Shown here: positions 24,579 to 37,600 of the stretch, piece after piece | Numbering within the stretch: position 1 is the first letter of the stretch | Layout: every line of letters starts with the position of its first letter | Origin: Ranitomeya imitator | Taxonomy: Eukaryota | DNA length: 64,000 bases | NCBI RefSeq assembly: GCF_032444005.1 | Contig: NC_091283.1 | Coordinates: forward strand, 307,272,001 to 307,336,000 | Direction of reading: 5' to 3' | The notes under the pieces: generated by a model | What the model was told of the DNA's origin: nothing | Seen by the model: the letters and a program-made list of their open reading frames with translations, nothing else | Databases searched by the model: none | Program-made: the position numbers and the translations under genes

Positions 24579-25799
24579 TCAGTATTTGCCTCTCAAGTTC
24601 CACGCCGTTAGGTGAAGGCCTTTCACTTGTGGATAGTAAAATGGACCCTGAGACAGTAGGTCTGGGATCACTGCCAGAATCCAGGGATCGCAAACTGACA
24701 TCGCTCGAAGACAAGAGAACCAAGGCCTTTTTGGCCAGAATGGTGCCATCAGAATGATCCTGGCCTTTTCTTCCCTTATCTTCTTGATGACCAACGGAAT
24801 CAGCGTCATTGGAGGAAAGGCATAGGCTAGGTCGTAGTTCAACAGGTACTGGAGCGAGTCTATTATGTCTGGATGATCTACTACATTTAAGGAGGCGAAC
24901 ATCTGCACTTGTCTGTTTTTTCTGGTGGCGAACAGGTCTATTTGTGGAAGACCCCATATCTTCACTATGCTCCTGAATATTTGAGGATTGAGAGTCCATT
25001 CTCCTTGGCGGAGTGCATGGCGACTTAGGAAGTCGGCTTTTGAATTTTCTACTCCTCTAATATGGAGAGCCGTGAGTGACAGAAAATTGGGTTCTGCTAG
25101 GTTGAAAATGTTTGCCGCTGAAGACATTAGACTTCCTGATCGCGTTCCACCTTGACGATTTAAATATGCGACGGTTGTTGTGTTGTCTGATAGGATTCTC
25201 ATATGGGATCCTTGGAGCTGAGTAAGGAAAGCATTTAAGGCATAATTAACCGCTTTTAGTTCCTTCCAGTTGGAGGACTGCTGAATCTCTACCGTATTCC
25301 AGCGACCTTGAGCTATATTTTTACCGAAATGGGCTCCCCACCCCTCTGGGCCTGAGTCAGTGGTGACTATTTTAGAGGGGATTATTGTCCATGAGACACC
25401 TCTGGACAAATGATTTTTATCTAACCACCAATGCAGTGAATTAATCAAGTCGTTTGATAGGGTAATTTTTGTATATAAATGACCCTGACAATGTGATTGT
25501 GCATACAGAATCTCATGTTGCAAGGCCCTAGTATGATATTGGGCCCATTGAACCACAGGGATGCAGGAGGAGAGTGAGCCTAAAAGAGACATGGCATCTC
25601 TTAGGGACATTTGAGGATTAGACCTTGCCATAGTAACTTTTGAAATTATGGTTAATTTTTTGGATTCTGGTAAGAAACATTTTTCACTTAGAGAGTCCAA
25701 GATTAGTCCTAGGAAGGACTGAAGTGTTTCTGGATGAAGCCTGGAAAGATGAAATGGTATTAGCCAAACGTTCTTAACATTGCAAGGCTGAATTTCCAA
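24579..25799 (-). pseudogene. DIRS RT C-terminus, RNase H and methyltransferase-like (MT) domain
   Basis: IVTTDSGPEGWGAH, SSNWKELKAV, ILSDNTTTVAYLNRQGGTRS (RNase H); IDLFAT...LAYAFPP...APFWPKRPWF (MT). Confidence 0.9.
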
Positions 25800-26420
25800 T
25801 TATTAAAAAGTCATTTAGGTAAGGTACGATTAACGTATCCTGATGAAGCAGATAAACCATCACCTCGAGCATGACTTTTGTGAAAAGCCGAGGAGCCATG
25901 GAAAGGCTGAATGGCGTAGCCGTAAATTGGAAGGGACGGATCCGGCCCTGTAGGTTGATCGCCACTCTGAGGTATTGTTGATGTTCTGCATAGATGGGAA
26001 GATGGTAGTACTCATCCTTCAAATCTAGACCCATCATGAAACATCTAGGAAACAAGAGTTTAATAGTGGACCTTATTGACTCCATCTTGAAGATGTGGTC
26101 ATGCAAAAAGGAATTTGATCTTTTTAGGTTAATTATAGTACGAAAAGAACCATCTGGTTTAGGAACCAGAAAGAAAGGAATAAATCCTCTCCCTTCCTGA
26201 TCCTTTGGTACTTCTATAAGAACATTCTTAGCCAAAAGACTCAGAATTTCTGACTGGAGTGCTTCTTGCTGTTCCGGCACTCTCAGTGATGTTACAATAA
26301 AATTATCCCTTGGTAGTTGGGAAAATTCTAATTTTAGTCCGGATTTTACTAGACGAAGGATCCACTGGTTTGAAGTTATGCGTTCCCATTTGTGGTGAAA
26401 ATATTTCAGTCTTCCATCCA
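25774..26420 (-). pseudogene. DIRS reverse transcriptase (frameshifted)
   Basis: FLVPKPDGSFRTIINLK, LDLKDEYYHLPI, PFSLSMAPRLFTK and VPYLNDFLI (YLDD variant). Confidence 0.9.
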
Positions 26421-26681
26421 CTGGGATTTCATTACTGATGGTATCTACCACATCTGGATGTTTCGGGATTACTAAATAAGGCACCTTTCTGTTTTGTTTC
26501 CTTTGTTTCCCAGCGATCCCTTTGTGGCTCATATGGCCTTCTCCTGTTAAATGGCCGTCTTCTAAACGCTCTCCTATAAGAAGGAAGAAACTGTTTAGGA
26601 AATCCCTTCCTTCTTTCTCCTGCTTTATTGAGTAGGTCGTCAAGAACCTTTCCAAACAGGAACTCACCCTGGCACGGGATT

Positions 26682-27680
26682 TTACATAGTCTGGATTTTG
26701 ACTGTGCATCCCCCTTCCATCCTTTCAGCCAGAGGGCTCGACGAGCCGTGTTGACCAGGCCTGCTGATCTCGCTGCCAGTCGGAGAGAATCCGCTGAAGC
26801 GTCCGCTAAAAATGCCGCAGCACTTCTGATCAGTGGAACTGTCTTGAGAATTTTTTCTCATGTGATCTTGCCTTTTACCTGTTGCTCCAGCTGGTCTATC
26901 CAAACTAATAGTGACCTAGCAGTGCATGTGCCTGATATGGCCAGTTTAAAGGCTCCCGTGTTCGTCTCCCAAGATCTTTTAAGGGGAGCTTCAGTCTTAC
27001 GATCTAGTGAATCTAGTAAGATTCCTGCGTCTTCTACTGGAAGGGAAGATTGCTTTGAGGTGGATGCTACCGCCGCAGCTACCTTAGGGACTTTAGACCA
27101 CACTGCTAATTCCTCATCACTAAAAGGGTAACGCCTTTTGGAAGATGATGGGAGAAACCCTTTGCCCTGTTTGTCCCATTCTTTTTTGACAGGGTCTTTA
27201 ATAGCGGAAATGACTGGAAAGGCACGCTGTTTTTTCTGGCCTAGTCCTGCAAACATGATATTCTGAACCGACCTGACCTCCTTAGTATCTGGACACCCCA
27301 TAGTGTTCCTAACGGATTTTATAAGGTTGTCTATACTGTCGACTGGAAAACATGCTCTGCTTTCATCCTCAGAAGAGCTTGGAGATGATCTGAGGTATTG
27401 GAGGATCAGATTAAGCCCTCTCCAGACTCTGAACTGGAGACGGGAGAAAGGCGCTTACTTCCATGTTTCTTTAGGGATTTTGATCCCGGAGACTGGATCT
27501 CCTGCCTTATTATGGCTCTGATATTTGTGGTCGTAACAGCCGCCTCATCCTGTAAGGTCTGATCTATACAGCTTTGACACAACCTTTTAAGATACGTGTC
27601 GGGCAGGGGTTGCATACACAGGGCACACTCCTTATGCTTAGATTTATTGGTCTTCTTAGCCTAAGGGGAGAGGCAGAGAA
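26682..27680 (-). pseudogene. DIRS ORF1 (gag-like) fragments
   Basis: N-terminal CxxC...CxxC (ECALC...LCQSC); KRRYPF...WSKVPKV...LDRKTE conserved blocks. Confidence 0.75.
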
Positions 27681-29089
27681 GGAAGGGATCAGCTTATAGG
27701 TAGAGGATCATAAACAATCACCCAGTGAAGCTATCATCTTCATCATCATCATCATACCGGTTTTGGAGGTGGAGACGCTGTGTGGGGTCTGAGTAGATCT
27801 GCATCTCTACTCCTCGTTTTACTGCTCATGTGAGTGTCAGATCCTTCCATGGAACGACCACTCCTTTTTGCCGATGATTTTGAGCCATTAGCGCTGCTTT
27901 TGACAGCGCTATCTTGCTCCACCGCTGGTGGATGCTCGTTATGCAATGGGGACAGCATACTGATCGAATAGCTCTGTGCCCCGGCCTGCCATTTCAATTG
28001 CGTGGTCATCTGCATTGCGCCGCCCGCCGCGAACCGGAAGTGCTCCGACTACTTCCGGTTCAATGAAGCAGCACGGACTTTCCCGCACGACGGAGCCTCC
28101 ACCGCCTCCTAGCAGCGCACTCCACCGCTGGTAACTGGAAGATCGGCCCCACACACATGCCTCCTCCATAGGCCGGGCTTTGTCGCCCGGAACCTGCCGG
28201 ATGGTGACCAGACGAGGGGGGAGGCTGCATGCAGTGGCTCCCCTGCCGCTGCTACTGATGTCGCAGCCCCTGCTGTCATCGAGAGGACCACACAGGTGGG
28301 TGCACAGGCTCAGGTAATCTGGAGGTGCTCCAACCACCTCCATCTGTAGGAATCCAGGGATTTCTGATAGGAACAGGAAACCAACTGAGGAGGAGAAGGG
28401 GACCGCCATTTTTATCTCTGTAGGTTTCCTGTTCCTATGGGCGGGTCCCTGTTATGAAAGGTAATTCAGTACCACAATGGACATAGAGGTCAGCGCACAT
28501 ACAGTGACCTGGCAATAACCCAAAAAACAAGAACGAGCTCTGAGACGTGGGAACTCTGTTGACCGCAATCCCTAATCCTCTCAAACCACACTAAAGGCAG
28601 CCGTGGATTGCGCCTAACGCTGCCTATGCAACTCGGCACGGCCTGAGAAACTAGCTAGCCTGAAGATAGAAAATAAGCCTACCTTGCCAGAGAAATACCC
28701 CAAAGGAGAAGGCAGCCCCCACATATAATGACTGTGAGTTAAGATGAAAAGACAAACGTAGAGATGAAATAGATTTAGCAAAGTGAGGCCCAACTTTCTG
28801 AACAGAGCGAGGATAGGAAAGGTAACTTTGCGGTCAACACAAAACCCTACAAAAACCACGCAAAGGGGGCAAAAAGACCCTCCGTACCGAACTAACGGCA
28901 CGGAGGTACACCCTCTGCGTCCCAGAGCTTCCAGCAAGCAGAAAAAAACAAATTGACAAGCTGGACTGAAAAAAACAGCAAACAAATAGCAAAGAGGAAC
29001 TTAGCTATGCAGAGCAGCAGGCCACAGGAACGATCCAGGAGGAAACAGGTCCAATACTAGAACACTGACTGGAGGCCAGGATCAAAGCA

Positions 29090-32000
29090 CTAGGTGGAGT
29101 TAAATAGAGCAGCACCTAACGACTTCACCACATCACCTGAGGAAGGAAACTCAGAAGCCGCAGTACCACTTTCCTCCACCAACGGAAGCTCACAGAGAGA
29201 ACCAGCCGAAGTACCACTTGTGACCACAGGAGGGAGCTCTGCCACAGAATTCACAACAGTACCCCCTCCTTGAGGAGGGGTCACCGAACCCTCACCAGAG
29301 CTCCCAGGACGACCAGGATGAGCCATATGAAAGGCACGAACAAGATCGGGAGCATGGACATCAGAAGCAAAGACCCAGGAATTATCTTCCTGAGCATAAC
29401 CCTTCCACTTAACCAGATACTGGAGTTTCCGCCTTGAAACACGAGAATCCAAAATCTTCTCCACAATATACTCCAACTCCCCCTCCACCAAAACCGGGGC
29501 AGGAGGATCAACAGATGGAACCATAGGTGCCACGTATCTCCGCAACAATGACCTATGGAATACGTTATGTATGGAAAAAGAATCTGGAAGGGTCAGACGA
29601 AAAGACACAGGATTAAGAACCTCAGAAATCCTATACGGACCAATATAACGAGGTTTAAACTTAGGAGAGGAAACCTTCATAGGAATATGACGAGAAGACA
29701 ACCAAACCAAGTCCCCAACCCGAAGTCGGGGACCCACACAGCGTCTGCGATTAGCGAAACGTTGAGCCTTCTCCTGGGACAAAGTCAAATTGTCCACTAC
29801 ATGAGTCCAAATCTGCTGCAACCTGTCCACCACAGTATCCACACCAGGACAGTCCGAAGACTCAACCTGCCCTGAAGAGAAACGAGGATGGAACCCAGAG
29901 TTGCAGAAAAACGGTGAAACCAAGGTAGCCGAGCTGGCCCGATTATTAAGGGCGAACTCAGCCAAAGGCAAAAAGGACACCCAGTCATCCTGATCAGCAG
30001 AAAGAAAGCATCTCAGATATGTTTCCAAGGTCTGATTGGTTCGTTCGGTCTGGCCATTAGTCTGAGGATGGAAAGCCGAGGAAAAAGACAAGTCAATGCC
30101 CATCCTACCACAAAAGGCTCGCCAAAACATCGAAACAAACTGGGAACCTCTGTCAGAAACGATATTCTCTGGAATGCCATGTAAACGAACCACATGCTGG
30201 AAAAACAATGGCACCAAATCAGAGGAGGAAGGCAATTTAGACAAGGGTACCAAATGGACCATCTTAGAGAAGCGATCACAGACCACCCAAATGACTGACA
30301 TCTTTTGAGAGACGGGAAGATCTGAAATAAAATCCATAGAGATATGTGTCCAAGGCCTCTTCGGGACCGGCAAGGGCAAAAGCAACCCACTGGCACGAGA
30401 ACAGCAGGGCTTAGCCCGAGCACAAATCCCACAGGACTGCACAAAAGTACGCACATCCCGCGACAGAGATGGCCACCAAATGGATCTAGCCACTAACTCT
30501 CTGGTACCAAAGATTCCAGGATGACCAGCCAACACCGAACAATGAACCTCAGAGATAACTTTATTCGTCCACCTATCAGGGACAAACAGTTTCTCCGGTG
30601 GGCAACGATCAGGTTTATTAGCCTGAAATTTTTGCAGCACCCGCCGCAAATCAGGGGAGATGGCAGACACAATTACTCCCTCTTTGAGGATACCCGCCGG
30701 CTCAGATACACCCAGAGAGTCGGGCACAAAACTCCTAGACAGAGCATCCGCCTTCACATTTTTAGAGCCCGGAAGGTATGAAATCACAAAGTCAAAACGG
30801 GCAAAAAACAACGACCAACGAGCCTGTCTAGGATTCAACCGCTTGGCGGACTCGAGATAAGTCAAGTTCTTATGATCAGTCAAGACCACCACGCGATGCT
30901 TAGCTCCTTCAAGCCAATGACGCCACTCCTCGAATGCCCACTTCATGGCCAGCAACTCTCGATTGCCCACATCATAATTTCGCTCAGCAGGCTAAAACTT
31001 CCTGGAAAAGAAGGCGCATGGTTTCATCACCGAGCAATCAGAGCTTCTCTGCGACAAAACAGCCCCTGCTCCAATCTCAGAAGCATCAACCTCGACCTGG
31101 AACGGAAGCGAAACATCTGGCTGACACAACACAGGGGCAGAAGAAAAACGACGCTTCAACTCTTGAAAAGCTTCCACTGCAGCAGAAGACCAATTGACCA
31201 AATCAGCACCTTTCTTGGTCAAATCGGTCAATGGTTTAGCAATACTAGAAAAATTGCAGATGAAGCGATGATAAAAATTAGCAAAGCCCAGGAACTTTTG
31301 CAGACTTTTCAGAGATGTCGGCTGAGTCCAATTATGGATGGCTTGGACCTTAACAGGGTCCATCTCGATAGTAGAAGGGGAAAAGATGAACCCCAAAAAT
31401 GAAACCTTCTGAACACCAAAGAGACACTTTGATCCCTTCACAAACAAAGAATTAGCACGCAGGACCTGAAACACCGTTCTGACCTGCTTCACATGAGACT
31501 CCCAATCATCCGAGAAGATCAAAATGTCATCTAAGTACACAATCAGGAATTTATCCAGGTACTCTCGGAAGATGTCATGCATAAAGGACTGAAACACTGA
31601 TGGAGCATTGGCAAGTCCGAATGGCATTACTAGATACTCAAAATGGCCCTCGGGCGTATTAAATGCAGTTTTCCACTCATCGCCTCGCTTAATACGCACA
31701 AGATTATACGCACCACGAAGATCTATCTTGGTGAACCAACTAGCCCCCTTAATCCGAGCAAACAAATCAGATAACAATGGCAAGGGGTACTGAAATTTAA
31801 CCGTGATCTTATTTAGAAGGTGGTAATCTATACAAGGTCTCAGTGAACCATCCTTCTTGGCTACAAAAAAGAACCCTGCTCCTAATGGCGACGATGACGG
31901 GCGAATATGCCCCTTCTCCAAAGACTCCTTCACATAACTCCGCATAGCGGCGTGCTCAGGCACAGATAAATTAAACAGTCGACCTTTTGGGAATTTACTA

Positions 32001-32404
32001 CCAGGAATCAAATCGATAGCACAATCACAGTCCCTATGCGGAGGTAGGGTATCGGACTTGGGCTCATCAAATAAATCCCGGTAATCAGACAAGAACTCAG
32101 GAACCTCAGAAGGGGTGGATGACGAAATAGTCAGAAATGGGACATCACCATGTACCCCCTGACAACCCCAGCTGGACACAGACATGGATTTCCAATCTAA
32201 TACTGGATTATGGACTTGTAGCCATGGCAACCCCAACACGACCACATCATGCAGATTATGACACACCAGAAAGCGAATAACCTCCTGATGTGCAGGAGCC
32301 ATGCACATGGTCAGCTGGGTCCAGTACTGAGGCTTATTCTTGGCCAAAGGCATAGCATCAATTCCTCTCACCTTTTCTGAAAATAGCTGCGAGCGCACCT
32401 TCAT
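29090..32404 (-). pseudogene. Gypsy pol: partial protease, RT, RNase H, integrase and chromodomain; one in-frame TAG at 30992
   Basis: YLDD RT; RKF*PAERNYDVGNRELLA; integrase HHCC and D,D(35)E (SMDF, SDRG, TERTN); GPY motif; chromodomain YIVEKILDSR...YLVKWKGY...NSW. Confidence 0.95.
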
Positions 32405-32855
32405 TCCACTGAGTGAGTACGGACCACTTTCTAAATTTCTGACAATATACCTCTATTTCATCCTGACCCTGACACAGAGCCAGCAAATTCTTCTCTGCCT
32501 GATCCACAGAATTAGGCTCATCGTACAGCAATCCAAGCGCCAGGAAAAATGCATCGATATTACTTAATGCAGGATCTCCTGACGCAAGAGAAAATGCCCA
32601 GTCCTGAGGGTCGCCACGCAAAAAAGAAATAACGATCCTAACTTGTTGAACTGGGTCACCAGAGGAGCGAGGTTTCAAAGCCAGAAATAGTTTACAATTA
32701 TTTTTGAAACTCAGAAATTTAGTTCTATCTCCAAAAAACAAATCAGGAATAGGAATTCTCAGTTCTAACATAGAATTCTGAACCACAAAGTCTTGAATAC
32801 TTTGTACTCTTGCCGTGAGCTGATCCACACATGAAGACAGACCTTTAATGTCCAT
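32358..32855 (-). pseudogene. Gypsy gag N-terminal half (truncated by an internal deletion)
   Basis: MDIKGL...PDLFFGDRTKFLSFKNNCKLF...ISFLRGDPQDWA...LCQG, a retrotransposon capsid-like sequence; it jumps into mid-protease near 32400. Confidence 0.85.
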
Positions 32856-34421
32856 TGCTACACCTGTGTCCTGAACCACCCAAATGTCTAGGGGAAAAAA
32901 AAGGCAAAACACAGTGCAGAGAAAAAAAAAATGGTCTCAGAACTTCTTTTTTCCCTCTATTGAGAATCATTAGTACTTTTGGCCTCCAGTACTGTTATGA
33001 AAGGTAATTCAGTACCACAATGGACATAGAGGTCAGCGCACATACAGTGACCTGGCAATAACCCAAAAAACAAGAACGAGCTCTGAGACGTGGGAACTCT
33101 GTTGACCGCAATCCCTAATCCTCTCAAACCACACTAAAGGCAGCCGTGGATTGCGCCTAACGCTCCCTATGCAACTCGGCACGGCCTGAGAAACTAGCTA
33201 GCCTGAAGATAGAAAATAAGCCTACCTTGCCAGAGAAATACCCCAAAGGAGAAGGCAGCCCCCACATATAATGACTGTGAGTTAAGATGAAAAGACAAAC
33301 GTAGAGATGAAATAGATTTAGCAAAGTGAGGCCCAACTTTCTGAACAGAGCGAGGATAGGAAAGGTAACTTTGCGGTCAACACAAAACCCTACAAAAACC
33401 ACGCAAAGGGGGCAAAAAGACCCTCCGTACCGAACTAACGGCACGGAGGTACACCCTCTGCGTCCCAGAGCTTCCAGCAAGCAGAAAAAAACAAATTGAC
33501 AAGCTGGACAGAAAAAAAACAGCAAACAAATAGCAAAGAGGAACTTAGCTATGCAGAGCAGCAGGCCACAGGAACGATCCAGGAGGAAACAGGTCCAATA
33601 CTAGAACATTGACTGGAGGCCAGGATCAAAGCACTAGGTGGAGTTAAATAGAGCAGCACCTAACGACTTCACCACATCACCTGAGGAAGGAAACTCAGAA
33701 GCCGCAGTACCACTTTCCTCCACCAACGGAAGCTCACAGAGAGAACCAGCCGAAGTACCACTTGTGACCACAGGAGGGAGCTCTGCCACAGAATTCACAA
33801 CAGGTCCCTCTCTCAAGTGAGTGCGGTCGTGGCGAGGGGTAAAATTGAAAATTCAGTATAAAGGGAAACTGTTACAGTACAGAAATTCACACTTGGCCCT
33901 CACTGCACATTTAATGTTGTCGATCATAAAAGCAAAGTTTGTCCAGAAAGACTGGACCTGGACTTGTAGGGACCATATGAGCACATTCAGCAGCACAGAA
34001 GGGGGAGAATGTAAATTCATCCAATAAGATAACAGGGTTATAGGAAGCCAACAGCATCATTACCCTCCGATTTCTCTTACAGGCCCATCATAGTATTTTT
34101 CTTCAAGTGGCTTTCTAACTTGTCAGCACATTCTACGTACACTGTCATTTGACTTTGCAGTTTACAGATCTGGGCAGGTTACGACCAGCATCTCCTGATT
34201 TCAGGGTGTAGGTTGGCCCTCCAGGCTATATATTCTATAGAAAGGGCTTTTAAAGTCCAAAGTCATTTGAACAGTTTTGGGTGGAGGAGAATGTTGTGGT
34301 CTAGAGGCGAAATGGTGATCACACGATTGTGATACAGCAAGACTACACCACCGATAAAGCAGCCACAGACAGTGGCTGAGAAGAATCTGTGACTTCTCTG
34401 CATTTAGTGGTCACTACTCAC

Positions 34422-34512
34422 CTGGGTAGTCATCTGTAGGAGTCTCCTCTTTACACCAGTCATCACCCCTCAAATATGTCTCTGCAGTATTAATACGGGT
34501 CAGATCTTCACC
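34422..34512 (-). CDS. Zinc-finger gene coding exon 5 (GEDLTRINTAETYLRGDDWCKEETPTDDYP)
   Basis: ttcag| acceptor and |gtgag donor; 91 nt (phase 0 to 1); open frame. Confidence 0.85.
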
Positions 34513-34610
34513 CTGAAACAAATATTGTAAAAGTCACAGACAGATGGAGAAGTCACATCTATGATCAGCTCTAATCCTGCCATCTCCACCATTCTTATTA
34601 CAAACCGGAT

Positions 34611-37600
34611 AAACCGGATTACTTACCGGTAATTGTATTTTAAGGAGTCCACGATAGCACCCACTGAGAGAGGGGATCCACCCCCAGGAACAGGAAGCTT
34701 ACAGATAAAAAGGGGTGGTCCCCCTCCTCAGTTGGATTACAGAGTACAGGAAAAACCGCAAAGAAAACATTAGAACATCTTCATAAAACCTACTCAATAT
34801 GTATAAACATATGCCACCATCACCCGGAGTGAATTACATACACATCTCTATTATGTGCTACTAAGGGAGGGAAGTGGGTTCTTTCATGGACTCCATAAAA
34901 TACAATTACGGTAAGTAATCCGTTTTTTTATTCTCGCCATGACAGCACCCACTGAGAGATTTCAGGGAACCATCATCTGGGAGGGACCACTGTATTGAGG
35001 ACAGGTCTCCTGAAAACCAAGTCAGAAGATGATGACAAATTGAGTCCATAGTGGCTGTAAAAGGTAGATGGTGAAGAACATGTTGCAGCATTACATATCC
35101 GATCAATCAATATGTCCGCCTTCTTAGCCCAGGAGAATGCCATAGACCGTGCCAAATGTGCCCTTATTCCATCCGGAGGACCTTCACTCTTTGCTGAGTA
35201 AGCCAGACAGATTGTATATGTGATCCAACGTGATAAAGTGCTCCTTGTGACTCCAAACCCCTTCCTGTGGCTCTGAAAAGACACAAACTGAGCCCTACTC
35301 TGCCTTCAGGGATATTTAATATGTACTTTAATGATATGTACGTTAATGTGACAGACAGACGACGGACCTATCAGGGCATCAAAGACCAGTTTCAGGTCCT
35401 AGGGAGGCAAGCGAGCAATGTGTACAGAGTCGCTACGCTCACACGCTGAAATAAACCATGCAACCCATCTAACTCCCGCAATATTACGACTATATAGGGC
35501 TCCCAAAGCTGATATCTGAACCTTTAATGTGTTAACTGAAAAACCCAGCTCCCAACCCTCGAAAATTGCAGCAACTGGAACCTCACTAGAGAAAGGCCCA
35601 GTATGAAAATTAAGGAACTTCCTCCACACTCTACTGTATATCTTGGTCGTGGATTCTTTCCTACTCTGCAGACTGGTACTAATCAGGTTGTCAGAAAACC
35701 CCCTTAATCTCAACAACTGCCTGAAGTTCCACGCCTTCAAGTGGAGACCTCTCACCCAAGGATGATAGGATGGACCCCAAGAGAGCAGGCCCGGATCTGA
35801 TGGGAAGATCCAGGGGTCGGATATGGACATGGCCCTGAGCCATGACAACCAAGGTCTCTTGTGCCAGAAAGGAGCGAAGAGAATTATCCTTGCTCTCTCG
35901 TCCCTGATCTTCCTGATGACTTGTGCAAGCACCATCATTGGAGGAAACGCATAGGCCAGACTGAAGCGACAAGGGAACTGGAGGGAGTCGACTAACTCTG
36001 GCTGATATGCCCTGTTTAGGGAAGCAAATCTTTGGACCTTTCTGTTGTCCCTGGTAGCAAACAAGTCTATTTCCGGAAGACCCCACAAGTCCACTAAATT
36101 ACTGAATACTTGGTGACTGAGACCCCATTCTCTCTGATATAACGTATGGCGACTGAGGAAGCCGCTTTAAGATATTCCACTCCCCTGATGTGAAGGGCTG
36201 AGAGGGACAAGAGATGGGCTTCGGCCAGTTCGAGAATATCCACCACAGTAGACATCAGCACTTTTGATCAAGTTCCGCCTTGCCAATTTACGTATGCAAC
36301 TGACATGGTATTGTCCGACAAAACTCTCACATGCGTCCCCCACAGCTGTGGGAGAAAGTGATGTAGAGCATGACTGACTGCCTTTAATTCCTTTAGATTT
36401 GAGGAGGCATCAGCCTCCTCTATGGACCTCTGCCCCTGGGCCAGGTTATCGTCCATATGAGCTCCCCATCCATCAGGGCTAGCATCCGTAGTAACTATCC
36501 TGGACGGTTTCACTACCCATGGAATCCCCTTCCCTCCTGGTCTCCCGGGACCTCCACCACGACATGCTTAGATAACAGACATAAAACCTCCAACTCAAGA
36601 GCCTCCTGTTGTGCCGGGGATCTAAGAGAGGTGATGACAAAGGAATCTGAGGGAATTCGACAAAACTCTAGTTTCAACCCCGATGTTACTAAGCCCAGGG
36701 TCCAGGGATTAGAAGTGATCTCCCGCCATCTGTGTCAAAATTTTTTTAACCTGCCGCCCACAGGAGGGTCAGGGTCAATGGAATTTATTACTCTTCCTGG
36801 AAGAGGATCCGCTAAAATGGGCACTTTTTTGTTTGGTCTCCTTTGTCTCCCAGCGATCTCGGTTTTCATAATTCCACCTTCTACCGAATGGTCACTTTCT
36901 GAAGGCCCTCCTGTAGGATGGAACAGACTGGTTAGGGAACCCCTTCTTTCTCTCTCCCGCCTTGGTGAGGATCTAATCGAGCACGCTGCCAAACAGGAAC
37001 TCACCCTGGCATGGAATTGTGCACAATTTAGACTTTGCGCATCCCCCTTCCAGCCCTTCAGCCATAGGACACGACGAACAGAATTCACAAGACCAGCTGA
37101 CCTTGTTGCCAGGCGTAGGGAGTCCACAGAAGCATCAGCTAGATATGCTGTAGTTCCCCTGATCAATGGACTAGAGGACATCAGCCTCTCTCTAGACAAT
37201 CCTTTCTTGATCTGTTCCTCCAGCTAGTCCACCCAAACAAGCATTGACCTTCCTGTACATGTGCTGGATATAGCCGGTCTAAAGGCTCTGGTGCAGGACT
37301 CCCATGATCTTTTAAGTAATGTCTCTGCTTTGCAGTCTAGAGCAGTGTTTCTCAACTCCAGTCCTCAAGACCCACCAACAGGTCATGTTTTCAGGATTTA
37401 CTTAGTATTGCACAGGTGATAATTTCATTACCTGCACAAGCATTAATTCCATCACCTGGACAATACTAAGGAAATTCTGAAAACATGACCTGTTGGTGGG
37501 TCTTGAGGATTGGAGTTGAGAAACACTGGTCTAGAGGGTCAAGTAGGACCACAGAATCTTCTACAGGCAGGACAAAATGTCTAGAAGTCGAGGCCACTGC

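Larger units (their letters stand above)
28450..33802 (-). mobile_element. Gypsy/Ty3 chromovirus (Tf1/sushi-like) LTR retrotransposon, two LTRs, internally deleted
   Basis: Near-identical ~810-bp LTRs at 28450-29258 and 32993-33802 (TG...CA); PPT AAGGAGGGGG next to the left LTR; GGTCCC duplicated on both flanks. Confidence 0.95.
22953..33844 (-). mobile_element. DIRS1-type tyrosine-recombinase retrotransposon (copy 1), interrupted by Rex1 and Gypsy insertions
   Basis: ORF1, RT, RNase H, MT and YR fragments in DIRS order on the minus strand; terminal motifs shared with copy 2; the 5' terminus resumes at 33803-33844 after the Gypsy element. Confidence 0.9.

Noticed and set aside
26628-27131. 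Plus-strand ORFs antisense to DIRS ORF1 (also 36457-37227)
   Set aside because: Antisense to known TE coding sequence, with no supporting features.
35310-35375. Apparent foreign filler within the DIRS copy 2 recombinase
   Set aside because: Can be read as a degraded remnant of the LHTLDV..AL region left between deletions.
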